Of a stretch of DNA of 64,000 bases, positions 9,435-18,899 are shown piece after piece. The position numbers and the translations under genes were made by a program. Within the stretch, counting starts at the first letter, position 1, and every line of letters begins with the position of its first letter. The DNA lies in assembly GCA_963826115.1 (NCBI GenBank), contig CAWGVS010000012.1, positions 672,001 to 736,000 on the forward strand. The letters are read 5' to 3'. The DNA comes from an uncultured Candidatus Rokubacteria bacterium. Lineage in GTDB: Bacteria > Methylomirabilota > Methylomirabilia > Rokubacteriales > DASRDR01. The notes beneath the pieces are model-generated. The model was not told where the DNA came from. It saw only the letters and a list, made by a program, of their open reading frames with translations, and ran no database searches.

Positions 9435-12230
9435 TTAGCGGCGACGCGTGACGCGCGCGCGTCGAGGCCGTCGCGCGGGCGCGGTGAGCGCGGCCGTCGC
9501 CGCCAGCAGCCGCGTGAACCGCTCGTAGCGACAGTCCGCATCGCAGCCGTGGCTCCCCTTGTGGCGTGAAGGCGCCGGGTGGCCGTGTCCTCCATGACCA
9601 GGGGGGGACCCGCTGGCCCCCGTATCATGCTCCGGACAGTAGCTCCCCTCCAGGTACAGGCCCACGTGATACGCCCCGGGGACCGGCGTGTCCTCGACGT
9701 GCACGTGGAGCGGACCTCCATCGTGCGCTACCACCGCCAGCTCCACGTCCCGCACCTGCCCCAGCTGTCGGTTCCGATTCTCGAGCGTCGCCAGAACCTT
9801 GGCCGGGTCGAAGCCGAGTGATCGCGCGTCCCTGAGCTTCGGGTCTCTGGGGATGCTCGCGCTCTTGCCCCGCGCCAGCAGAGCCCGGAGGTCCACGGTC
9901 GGTGCGACCAGTCGGGCAAAGGCGAGCGTCGGCGCGATGGTTCCCGCCAGGACGCTGGCGAGCACGTCGAACCCGAGGCTGGCCCCGGTGACGAAGTCGC
10001 TCTTGCGCGGCAGGATCTCCAGGCGCAGTCGCGTGCGCGCGTGGACGGTCACAACGAGACTGCACGCCAGGCCGCCATCACGGTTCGTACTCGGTGGTCG
10101 GACGTCCAGTCGATGTCGCGGTCGTGCCGGGATGCTGCGCGCGGCCTTGCGCGCCTCGGGCTTGGTCAGGAGGCGCGCATAGCGAGGCCCGCGAGCGGGC
10201 CCCGCCGACACCGGCAGCACGAGCTCACTCAGGTCCGGCATCAACATCGCGTCCATGGTCGACGTCCGGTAGGCTGCCATGAGGACCCAGCGACCGACCC
10301 AGGCCGAGGCGTCGGCGCTGTCCCGCTGCAGCACGAGGGACAGGCGACCGTTCCGTCGAGACGCCGTGACGTGGGGTCGGCGCCCGCCATGCCCCGCTGG
10401 GGAGGCGTGGACGTGTCCGGTCCCGTCGACGTAGGTCACGACTCCATCGGGGGCGACGAGATGGAACCGCCAGTTCTCGTCGATGAAGTCCATGCCCTGG
10501 GCGGTGACAAACAGCACGTCGTCGGCAGAGGTCACGGCGAGATCGAGATGAACGTGCTCTCCAGCAAACACCTCCAAGACCGGATCGAAGACCGTGGTGA
10601 ATCCGAGCGCGGCGGCCAGCGCGTTCGAGAAGAACTTGTCGATGGTCCCGGCGTTCTCGCCGTGGAACACCTGGAGAGTCGGAAGTGTGAGGCCCTTGGC
10701 GACCATGCTGGCGAGGGTTGCGTAGTCCACATCGGCGCCGGTGCCGAAGCCCATCGCGAAGATGGCGGTGTTGGTGAAGCTGCCGTCGGGAATGGACGTC
10801 ATGAGCGAGCCGGTTGTGCGCACGCCGTCGGTCAGCATCGCCAGATAGCGCCGCTCGTCGGGTGGAATCCCGCCGAAGGGCGGCTCCACGAGCGTGTCCT
10901 CCACGTCCTGGAGGGCGTCCGCGAGCGGGGTGCCGCCGCCCGCCGACATGCCCGAGACGGCGCTGTCGAAGACGGCGCGACTGTAGGCGCCGCCGTTCTT
11001 GATGAGCCCGTACGAGGTCCCGGCGAACAGCGGCGCAAATTCATGGGTGACCCCGAGGGTACGAAACGTCTTGATGCCCGCCGTGACGTAGAGCGCTCCA
11101 CTGGCGTACACGGTCTCGCAATCCTGGAGAAACGCCGACACGCCACGGGTCGCCGCCACCCATTTCGTCACGTCGGGGGCAGCCACCGTCATGGGATCCG
11201 GCGTCAGGCCATTCATGCTGCCCGTGCGATCGAGCCCAATCCCGATGATCGGGATGGCGTCATACGTATAACCCAGCGCTCGATGATCGAGCGTATCCAC
11301 GTTGCGCTTGGACCCGAGCGCGCTGAAATCCGGCATGGTGATCGGCGGCCACGAGATGTTGCTGGTGTAGCCAGGGGCGCCGCCGGTCCACGGAAACATC
11401 AGATCGTTGCGATGGTGATGCACGTTGCCACCGGTCGTCGGATAGACGTCGGCGTTGCCGTCCAGCTGCCACATCGCCCAGAGCCGATCGATGTTGCAGT
11501 GATGCAGATAGAAGATTGGATCGAAGGGTGACGCGGTCGCATTGCTCATGTGTCCGCCGACCCATCCGTGAAGCCCGTTGTGCATCTGGTGTCCGGAGGG
11601 AAGCCCGTCTCCGCTCTCGAGCGCGTTCTGGAAGGTCGAGTAGGTCGTCTTGGCGAGGCTGTTCTGCAGGTCATTGACGGTGGGCAAGCTTGCTGGGGCG
11701 CTCAGGTCCCGCCGAAGCGGGCCCGTCCAGATGGCCGGAAACGGATCGGGGAGTGTCCACCCCGTCAACCCTGCCGGCCACCAGACCGGGGCGGGCGTCG
11801 GGTTTCCGGGCGTGCCGGGGGCAGTGGCGGCGAAGTAGCCACTGCTGACGATGTTCGTCCCGGGAGCCCCGTTGGGGCCGAGGAAGGTCTCCGTCATGAT
11901 GGGCGCCGGGTCGGTCCAGTCCCAATACGGCAGCATGACGCCGGGGACGTAGCTCTGAAGCTGCTGCTCGACTTGAAGGAGGAAGAAGCGATGCCAGCTG
12001 AGGAAGCTGAACGCGCCCCCGCCACCATGGCCGAAGTTGACGGTGACTGGGCCGGGTGCGGTGACGTTCTGGATCATGCGGTGGATGGCCACGAGCTCGT
12101 CCCACTTGCTGTACCGCTGCGCGGGGGGAGCTGCGGGGTTGACGATGTCGGCCTTCATCATCACGCACGCCCGCACGAAGGATTCCTTTTCGGCAGGAGT
12201 CAGTAGCTTTGCGTTCTTTCGCACTCCCAT
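9435..12230 (-). CDS. Tyrosinase (type-3 copper) - vWA domain fusion protein, 931 aa
   Basis: CuA AIHRM/FGHGG/FLSWHR, LPYWDW, CuB MHNGLHGWVGG and DPIFYLHHCNIDRLW; MIDAS-like DRTGS, GGTPLADAL, MLTDG; His-rich C-terminus; SD GGAG. Confidence 0.88.
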   Translation of the reverse strand: MGVRKNAKLLTPAEKESFVRACVMMKADIVNPAAPPAQRYSKWDELVAIHRMIQNVTAPGPVTVNFGHGGGGAFSFLSWHRFFLLQVEQQLQSYVPGVMLPYWDWTDPAPIMTETFLGPNGAPGTNIVSSGYFAATAPGTPGNPTPAPVWWPAGLTGWTLPDPFPAIWTGPLRRDLSAPASLPTVNDLQNSLAKTTYSTFQNALESGDGLPSGHQMHNGLHGWVGGHMSNATASPFDPIFYLHHCNIDRLWAMWQLDGNADVYPTTGGNVHHHRNDLMFPWTGGAPGYTSNISWPPITMPDFSALGSKRNVDTLDHRALGYTYDAIPIIGIGLDRTGSMNGLTPDPMTVAAPDVTKWVAATRGVSAFLQDCETVYASGALYVTAGIKTFRTLGVTHEFAPLFAGTSYGLIKNGGAYSRAVFDSAVSGMSAGGGTPLADALQDVEDTLVEPPFGGIPPDERRYLAMLTDGVRTTGSLMTSIPDGSFTNTAIFAMGFGTGADVDYATLASMVAKGLTLPTLQVFHGENAGTIDKFFSNALAAALGFTTVFDPVLEVFAGEHVHLDLAVTSADDVLFVTAQGMDFIDENWRFHLVAPDGVVTYVDGTGHVHASPAGHGGRRPHVTASRRNGRLSLVLQRDSADASAWVGRWVLMAAYRTSTMDAMLMPDLSELVLPVSAGPARGPRYARLLTKPEARKAARSIPARPRHRLDVRPPSTNRDGGLACSLVVTVHARTRLRLEILPRKSDFVTGASLGFDVLASVLAGTIAPTLAFARLVAPTVDLRALLARGKSASIPRDPKLRDARSLGFDPAKVLATLENRNRQLGQVRDVELAVVAHDGGPLHVHVEDTPVPGAYHVGLYLEGSYCPEHDTGASGSPPGHGGHGHPAPSRHKGSHGCDADCRYERFTRLLAATAALTAPARRPRRARVTRRR

Positions 12231-12301
12231 GGCCAGCTCCTTTCGAGTCCAAGGTGGAGTGACGTTGCGGGTCGACGGAGCGGCGAGTTCAAGCCCGGCG
12301 G

Positions 12302-12538
12302 TGCGAGATTCACGCCAGCGTGGACGGCACGAACGGTGGCTGTTCATTCGCCCGTCGCCACGCGCACTTCGGCTTCCCGGCCCGCGCACGGGTCAGTAGA
12401 TGTCTCCCGGCGCCGTGTGCACAGAAACAGGGCAGGGCGGTCGGGGACGAAGGTCGGCCGGCGCTAGAACCCCTGTGGAATCAGGGGGTTTAGAAGCACT
12501 GCACAGTGGACTGTGCAACCTGCCCTGTAGACTGTGCA
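12302..12538 (-). promoter_or_regulatory. Putative sigma54 promoter with tandem enhancer palindromes for the tyrosinase gene
   Basis: CTGGCGTGAATCTCGCA (GG-N10-GC, 12302-12318); TGCACAGT-GG-ACTGTGCA at 12500-12517 and a related site at 12521-12538. Confidence 0.5.
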
Positions 12539-13027
12539 GGGGCTTGGACCCCAGGAGGCCGCGCGCGGCACGAGAGCGCGTGCGGCCCCTCTACCCGTTC
12601 CTGTGTACCTCGTGTGTGAAGATTCGCTCTTGGGGGATCTCGCGCTTCGCGCCGGCACTCCGTTCATGCCGATCCAACGGTGATCCTCGCAGCTCTGGCT
12701 GAATCTTGCTGTCGACCTCATCAGGCCGCGTCCTGTCGCGCGCGAGCGCCTGAACGATGTCGCCGGTCAGCCGGCGCCCGACGACGCTGCGACTGCAGTC
12801 AAGCGTGATTGCATCGGCCGACCCGCGGTCTCCCTTCGTGTTCGTGAGAAACGCTCGCACGCTCTCCGATGGGGCCTGCGCGACAAGCCCACGCCCCAGG
12901 AACGACGGAAGCTAGGTACGGCGCGGCGGCGCTCAGGGGCACCGACCCTGATCCCGTTCGGTGAGACGCGCGTGGAGACATCGCGGTGAGCCCCATGGTG
13001 ATACCGGGGAAACGGTGTGCGGTGAGG

Positions 13028-13067
13028 TGGCGCGCCCGGACGGAATCCAACCCCCGACCCACGGCTT
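13028..13067 (-). repeat. att remnant: degenerate tRNA-Arg(TCT) 3' half
   Basis: 37/40 identity to 19197-19236. Confidence 0.85.
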
Positions 13068-13189
13068 GCCGGATCGTTTCACGGACCCGTTCAAGCTCGA
13101 CCTCGCCCCGGACTCCGACGCGCCGCCCGGATCCTTGACTCCCGGACTGCCGTGGTGTCTGCTTCGAGAAACCCCGCAGGAGGCGAATC

Positions 13190-13591
13190 ATGCCGGACTT
13201 GAAGACGATCCGGACCTGGACAGTCGGTGCGACCACGGGCCTGGTAGTCGGCGCGCTGATCGGCGGGATTCTCGCGGCCGCCACGGCCTCGTCGCCGACG
13301 CCCTGCGCCCCGACGGCCGCGACCGTGACCCCCACCGCCAAGGCCGTGGCGGCCGCGCCTCCGGCCCCGAAGGTGGCCCCCGCTCGGCCCACGCGCTGGA
13401 CCGAGCGGCCGACCCAGTACGCCAGCGGCGAACACCTGTGGTTCTCCTGGCGGAGCTCCATGGTGCGCGGGCTGGGCGGCCAGCCGGTCCCGACCCTGAA
13501 GGAGCAACACGCGTCCGCCCGCGAGGGCTGGTGGGGGGAGACGGTGAACACGCCTCCGAGCTCCCTCGCCTACGTGGCCAGCGACCGCTGA
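13190..13591 (+). CDS. Hypothetical membrane-anchored/secreted protein
   Basis: AGGAGG SD; N-terminal hydrophobic helix, Pro/Ala linker, small Trp-rich C-terminal domain. Confidence 0.7.
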   Translation: MPDLKTIRTWTVGATTGLVVGALIGGILAAATASSPTPCAPTAATVTPTAKAVAAAPPAPKVAPARPTRWTERPTQYASGEHLWFSWRSSMVRGLGGQPVPTLKEQHASAREGWWGETVNTPPSSLAYVASDR

Positions 13592-13753
13592 CCTAACCGG
13601 CACCTCCGAAGCCACCGGGCGGCGGTGGAGCCCGGGCGGGACCGGAGCCCTGACCGGAGAGCGCTCGGCCTTCCCCTGGCCGGCACCTCCGCGCAGTCAG
13701 TCCGTGTCAGCCTGCGGGCCCATGAAGTCGGGACTACCCACCGGCTTCCGGCG

Positions 13754-14011
13754 CTAGAGCTTGGTCCGCTCCATCTCCCACGCCGAGAAGCAGCGAAGGT
13801 GCAAGTGAAACCGGTCCAGGGCCGGATTCGCGCCGTCACGGCTGAACTGCAGCTCGTACTCCACCTGGTCGCGCGCGATCCTTTGCCCGCAGACCGCGCA
13901 GGGCATATCCGCCCCATGCCCGCCCCACGTGCGGTCCGGGTCGCAAACGGGGAGCTTCCCGGCCTTCAGGACTTCCCGCGCCAGTGCGCGGATTTCTTTC
14001 TCGTTGGGCAT
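13754..14011 (-). CDS. Small putative zinc-binding protein (CxxC...HxxC), 85 aa
   Basis: GGAGG SD; WGGHG..CAVC..FHLHLRCFSAW. Confidence 0.7.
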   Translation of the reverse strand: MPNEKEIRALAREVLKAGKLPVCDPDRTWGGHGADMPCAVCGQRIARDQVEYELQFSRDGANPALDRFHLHLRCFSAWEMERTKL

Positions 14012-14226
14012 CAGGCCAGACCTCCGCACGCACCCCGACCGGTGAGGCCTCGTGCTGTGGGAGTGTCGTACCGGAGCCAGATGCCATAGGGCGGGACGTC
14101 CGGAACGTCAACCCAGCGACCCCGTGGAAGGCACCGACAGGATAGCGCATCGAAGAACCTTCCGTAGGTAGGCACCCTCAAGTGCCCGTGCGCTCGGGCG
14201 AGTCCCGCCGTCATGCCGACGGCCAA

Positions 14227-14268
14227 GGGTCAATCCGAGGGTGGAAGCGGTACGAAGACCTGCACTGA
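14227..14268 (+). repeat. Second copy of the integrase 3' end
   Basis: 37/42 identity to 19102-19143, in the same position relative to a tRNA 3'-end copy. Confidence 0.85.
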
Positions 14269-14300
14269 GCGAATCGGCCGTGAGACGTGCCGAAAATGAA

Positions 14301-14345
14301 TGGCGCGCCTGGAGAGAATCGAACCCCCGACCCACGGCTTAGAAG
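14301..14345 (-). repeat. attR-like copy of tRNA-Arg(TCT) from anticodon loop to CCA
   Basis: 44/45 identity to 19197-19241. Confidence 0.92.
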
Positions 14346-14767
14346 TGCGGGACGCGCCTCTACTACCAAGCGCGACCAACTGCGGCCGAGTATGACAGGG
14401 CAAGGAGTTGCGGCAACTCCGTCATGATACCGATGGCGACGAGTTCGGACCCATTCGGATGCCCAATGGCATCAGAATCGGCACTGGGGTGGCGGCGTCA
14501 AGGCCCAGAGACGATCTGAAGCGCCTCTTGGGTCAGGGACGCGGCCCCTCTGAGATCGCCCGCGGACGAGGCCAGCGTCTGGTATGCTACGCGTGCGGGT
14601 CGATGGGGCCATCGCGGTCTCCAGCGGCTCTGCAGGGTGCTCTGCCGGGCTTCCCCTCTCTAGAGACTGGCCTCGCCTCCGTCGGTTCTCCCGCATCCTC
14701 GGGGCGCGTATCCCAAGCGGATGAGTTGAATGGCCCCCGACGCGGTCGGGGGCAAGAGGAGGCGCCC

Positions 14768-15055
14768 ATGGCGTCCAAGTTATATGTTGGCGGAATGGCG
14801 TACTCGACCACCTCCGAGAGCCTGCGGCAGCACTTTGCCCAGTGCGGGACGGTCGAGTCGGCCACAGTGATCACGGACCGGATCTCGGGCGACTCGCGTG
14901 GGTTCGGGTTCGTGGAGATGTCCAACGAGGCCGAGGCGCAGACGGCCATCCAGAAGCTGAACGACCAGTCGTTCGAGGGTCGGAAGCTGATGGTGAACGT
15001 GGCAAAGTCGCCGGGCGCGGGCGGCGGCGGCCCGCGCAAGACGTCTAGCTGGTAG
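14768..15055 (+). CDS. RRM (RNP-1) RNA-binding protein
   Basis: RNP2 KLYVGGM, RNP1 RGFGFVEM, Gly-rich tail; SD GAGGAGG. Confidence 0.93.
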   Translation: MASKLYVGGMAYSTTSESLRQHFAQCGTVESATVITDRISGDSRGFGFVEMSNEAEAQTAIQKLNDQSFEGRKLMVNVAKSPGAGGGGPRKTSSW

Positions 15056-15079
15056 TCGCGATCGGCTAGACGTCGTCAA

Positions 15080-15110
15080 GCGGCGCGGGAGCCTCGGCTC
15101 CTGCGCCGTT
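15080..15110 (+). terminator. GC-rich hairpin after the RRM gene
   Basis: gcggcgcgggagcc-tc-ggctcctgcgccgt; weak U-tract. Confidence 0.45.
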
Positions 15111-15394
15111 CGTCTGGCATCCCCGAGCCGGATTCCCCCCCCCGACCGCAGCCACGCAGGGTACCCCGACGTCCGATATCCGGTAACAACCGCGCGCTGG
15201 CGGAAGACGCCAGCGCCTGCCGTGGCAGGCCACGGAACCGATCTCACCGACACAGAGGTCCGCGTTCGATCCGCATCCGATGGCGCCCGGGCATCCGCTT
15301 CCAGAGGCTGGTCCATCGGGAACGAGGTGGCGGTACCCGGCTCAGTGTCCCTCCGCCGCCGGCGGTCCCTCCGCGGAGCGCTTGCGTGACGGCA

Positions 15395-15436
15395 TTGACC
15401 TGCGCAGATAACTGTACTACTGTACTAGGACAGTAG
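15395..15436 (+). promoter_or_regulatory. sod promoter with overlapping 20-bp palindrome
   Basis: TTGACC-17-TACTGT; CTACTGTACTAGGACAGTAG (15417-15436) is 18/20 self-complementary. Confidence 0.5.
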
Positions 15437-15476
15437 CTGTCGCGGTCCCGCCAACGAGGCTCAAAGAGGCTCCGAC

Positions 15477-16109
15477 ATGACGCACACGCTGTCGCCGCTG
15501 CGATTCCCCTACGACGCCCTGGAGCCGCATATCGATGCCGAGACGATGGAGCTCCATCACGACAAGCATCATCAAGCGTACGTCGACAACCTGAACAAGG
15601 CGATCGAGCCGTATCCGCAACTGGCCGATCTCACGACCGAGGATCTGCTGCGTCGACTCGACCAGGTTCCCGAGGAGATCCGGACGGCCGTTCGGAACCA
15701 CGGCGGCGGCGACGTCAATCATCAGCTCTTCTGGGAGATCCTCGGGCCCAAGGCGGGCAAGCCGCCGAAGGGCGTGATCGCCGACGCCATCACGAAGCAC
15801 TTTGGTTCATTCGCCCGGTTTCAGTCCCTCTTCACCGACGCGGCCACGAAGCACTTCGGCTCGGGATGGGCGTTTCTCGTCGTGAACCCGGCTACCCAGG
15901 CGCTCGAGATCATGTCGCTGCCCAATCAGGACAGCGTGCTGTCGCACGGCAAGGCCGCGCTCCTCTGCTGCGATGTATGGGAGCACGCGTACTACCTGAA
16001 ATACAGAAACCGACGCGCGGACTACCTCGCGGCCTGGTGGAACGTCGTCGCCTGGGACGTCGTCGACCAGCGGCTCGCGGACGTTCGGGCCGAGAAGTCT
16101 CACGCATAG
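15477..16109 (+). CDS. sodA: Fe/Mn superoxide dismutase (GGG motif suggests Mn type)
   Basis: YDALEPHID, HHDKHH, GGG..NH.LFW, FGSGWA, DVWEHAYY. Confidence 0.93.
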   Translation: MTHTLSPLRFPYDALEPHIDAETMELHHDKHHQAYVDNLNKAIEPYPQLADLTTEDLLRRLDQVPEEIRTAVRNHGGGDVNHQLFWEILGPKAGKPPKGVIADAITKHFGSFARFQSLFTDAATKHFGSGWAFLVVNPATQALEIMSLPNQDSVLSHGKAALLCCDVWEHAYYLKYRNRRADYLAAWWNVVAWDVVDQRLADVRAEKSHA

Positions 16110-16170
16110 CCTTGCAGGACCGGGTACGGATGGCGCCGGCCAGGTCGCGGAATGAGAGAAGGGAACGATC

Positions 16171-16368
16171 ATGATGAGCCGATTCGTCGTAGGCGTGGTC
16201 TTGCTCGGGTTGCTGGGGAGCTCCGCCTTGGTGGGGTGCGAGAAGGGGCCGGCCGAAAAGGTGGGCGAGAAGCTCGACGAAGCCCTGGACAAGCTGAGCG
16301 GGAAGGGGCCAATCGAGAAGGCCGGCGAACGGATCGACAAGGCCGTCGACACACTCACAAAGAAGTAG
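16171..16368 (+). CDS. Small lipoprotein with repeated GP.EK.GE..D motif
   Basis: Lipobox LVG-C; GPAEKVGEKLD / GPIEKAGERID. Confidence 0.8.
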   Translation: MMSRFVVGVVLLGLLGSSALVGCEKGPAEKVGEKLDEALDKLSGKGPIEKAGERIDKAVDTLTKK

Positions 16369-16402
16369 GGCCGGCCCGGGCCGGCTCCGTCTGGAGCGCT
16401 GC

Positions 16403-17626
16403 GTGAGCGACATGAACGAGGTTTCGAAGACCACCACGTCGTCGATGGCGTCATGGTCACTGACGCGAGCCATTGGGCGCGTCATGGTCATGGCGCTTGC
16501 GGTGGCGGCGATCGTTTGGCTTGTCGCCGCGCTCAGAGGCGTGCTGCTGCTCGTCGTGCTCGCGATCTTCTTCGCCTACGTGCTGGCGCCCCTCGTGGAC
16601 CGTGCGTGCCGTCCTGTCACGCTACGAGGGCGCGAGCATGCCTTGCCCCGCACGCTGGCGATCGGCGTGGTGTACCTCCTCACGTTCGCGTTGCTGGCGC
16701 TCGGCGCCGCCTTCCTGCTCCCCCACGTGAGCACGCAACTCACCCAGTTCGCCCAGCAGGCTCCGAGCTACCTGGAGGCCGCGCGTTCGCGGGCACTTGG
16801 ATGGACCACCTCCTACGAGGCGTACCGGCTGCCGGCTGCCGTCCGGGACGCCATCAATTCGAGTGTCCTGCACGCGACGGAGCTGGTGGGGAAGTACGTC
16901 ACGGAAGGGCTGGGAAGCGTCATCATCCAAGTGCTCGGATATCTTCCGCGGCTCGTGTTGATTCCGATTCTCGCCTTCTTTCTCCTGAAGGACTCGACTG
17001 CCTTTCGCGCGATGGCGCTGCGGACGCTCCCGTGGGGGCGCTGGCGCGCGCGTGGCCGCGAGGTTCTCGAGGACATCAGTGCGACGTTGGCCGTGTATAT
17101 CCGCGCGCAGCTGATCGCCTGTCTGCTGATCGGCGCGGTCTGCACCGTCGGCTTCTCCCTCATTGGCGTGCCGTACGCCCTCGTGCTCGGGATCATGGCG
17201 GGCCTCCTGGAGTTCGTCCCGCTCGTGGGACCGCTCGTCGTCGGGCTGATGGCGGCGCTGATCGCCAGCTTCGTCTCCAGCACGCAAGTGCTCGTCGTTG
17301 TCGCGTTTTTGGGCCTGGTGCGCCTCGTGGAGGACTACGTCATCTACCCGCGCCTCATCGGACAGGGCATGCGGCTCCATCCGTTCGCGGTGATCGTGGC
17401 GGTCTTGTGCGGCGCGGAGCTGGGCGGCGTGCCCGGCGTGTTTCTGGCGATCCCGACGGTCGCGGTCGCGTCAGTCGGCTACCGCCACTGGCTGGCACAC
17501 ACCGGCAGTGAAGGGTTGGTGGCGGACCTGCTGAAGCTGGAATCGGGGGGTACGACGGACCGTTCGAAGCCAGGATTGACTGGGCCGGAGAATGCGGCGA
17601 TCGGTGGCCGGGAACGTGTGGCGTAA
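16403..17626 (+). CDS. AI-2E family transporter
   Basis: AYVLAPLV, FFLLKD, YIRAQL, EFVPLVG, YPRLIG..LHP, GVFLAIP. Confidence 0.9.
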   Translation: MSDMNEVSKTTTSSMASWSLTRAIGRVMVMALAVAAIVWLVAALRGVLLLVVLAIFFAYVLAPLVDRACRPVTLRGREHALPRTLAIGVVYLLTFALLALGAAFLLPHVSTQLTQFAQQAPSYLEAARSRALGWTTSYEAYRLPAAVRDAINSSVLHATELVGKYVTEGLGSVIIQVLGYLPRLVLIPILAFFLLKDSTAFRAMALRTLPWGRWRARGREVLEDISATLAVYIRAQLIACLLIGAVCTVGFSLIGVPYALVLGIMAGLLEFVPLVGPLVVGLMAALIASFVSSTQVLVVVAFLGLVRLVEDYVIYPRLIGQGMRLHPFAVIVAVLCGAELGGVPGVFLAIPTVAVASVGYRHWLAHTGSEGLVADLLKLESGGTTDRSKPGLTGPENAAIGGRERVA

Positions 17627-17957
17627 CCACACGGGGAATCCGCTCCGTCGAACAGCGTGTGACTGGCAGCCCGGCACGATTCACGGGTTCGAGGCGGCGA
17701 AGGCGACGCTGCAGGACCTCAAGGTCGGGAACAGGATCGACGCGAAGCGGAGATCGTCACCGAAGGGCTGAGGGGAATCCGGCGGCCGAGGCCGGGAAAG
17801 GCCTCTGACCACCCTGGCGTAACCGAGGTAGCTCATCGTGCAGCAGCGTCCGCAGAGATGCCAAGAGGAAGGGAGAGCCAGGCCCGTATCCATCCCGAGT
17901 CCGTTCGGAAGAGGACGACCGAGACGTTCTGAAGCCCACATTACAGGGGGGGGGACC

Positions 17958-18272
17958 ATGAGAACCACAAATCCGATGGTGCGCTCGTTCTTAGTGCTGC
18001 TGATGATGGCCGCAATCGCGGGTTGCGCGGGTAGCCGGACCCAGCAGAGCACGGGCGAATATGTGGATGACTCCGCCATCACGGCGAAGGTGAAGAACGC
18101 CGTGCTCCAGGATCCATCGCTCAAGGTGTTCGAGATCGGCGTCGAAACGTTCAAGGGCGTTGTCCAGCTGAGTGGCTTCGTGAACTCGTCGGAGACGGTG
18201 AATCGGGCGACCCAGGTGGCGCGCAGCGTCGGAGGAGTGACCTCGGTGAAGAATGACCTCATCGTCAAGTAG
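17958..18272 (+). CDS. BON-domain lipoprotein (OsmY-like)
   Basis: Lipobox IAG-C; STGEYVDDSAITAKVK, VETFKGVVQLSGFV, GVTSVKNDL. Confidence 0.92.
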   Translation: MRTTNPMVRSFLVLLMMAAIAGCAGSRTQQSTGEYVDDSAITAKVKNAVLQDPSLKVFEIGVETFKGVVQLSGFVNSSETVNRATQVARSVGGVTSVKNDLIVK

Positions 18273-18361
18273 GGACCTGTAGCCCCGAGCCTCCGTCCGT
18301 GGTGGGCGGCGGGGTCGGGGCGCGCTCCGGTAACGTTGTCCGAGACAAACTGGAGGGGATC

Positions 18362-18613
18362 ATGCATCTGCTTCTGTTCATTCTCATCGGGTTGATTGCG
18401 GGAACGCTGGCGGGGCGGGTTGTGAGCGGTCATGGCTACGGCGTGCTGGGCGACATCGTCGTCGGAGTCGTCGGCGCGTTCCTGGGAGGATGGATCTTTG
18501 CCACGTTCCTGGGCGTGGCCGGAGGAGGGATTCTCTTCAGCCTCCTCACGGCGTTCATCGGGGCGATCGTCCTGCTCTGGCTGATCCGGCTGGTCGCCCC
18601 GGCCCGCGCCTAG
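18362..18613 (+). CDS. GlsB/YeaQ/YmgE stress-response membrane protein
   Basis: IGLIAG.LA..GDIVVGVVGAFLGG..AFIGAIVLL; SD GGAGG. Confidence 0.9.
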   Translation: MHLLLFILIGLIAGTLAGRVVSGHGYGVLGDIVVGVVGAFLGGWIFATFLGVAGGGILFSLLTAFIGAIVLLWLIRLVAPARA

Positions 18614-18899
18614 TCACCCACAAGAGGCGCGTCCACGCGGGACTGGTCCCGTCCTCGCATGAAACGGGGCGCGGAGGCTGGTGATGGTCGGCGTCGAGAC
18701 GTCCGCGACGGCTGCGGTCGTCCGTGGCGGGATTGGGGACCCGCGAGATCGTAGGCGGCAGTGTCCCCGCTTGGCTCGGCGGGCGGCCGATCGGCGCCCG
18801 TCGAGCTGTGCGAGTGCCCTCCGGAGTCCGTGGCTGGCTCAAACGCTCGTGACGACGTTCGGAGAGTAGTGGGCAGGAGAGCAGTGGCACCAGAGCCAC

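Noticed and set aside
17693-17771. Short stub KATLQDLKVGNRIDAK resembling an OB-fold/DUF5666 gene end
   Set aside because: Too short to support a call without a search
17946-17954. G9 tract before the BON gene (also C9 at ~15135 and G9 at ~26245) as phase-variation switches
   Set aside because: Such runs are expected at this GC content, lengths are unreliable given the indel errors, and there is no evidence of variation
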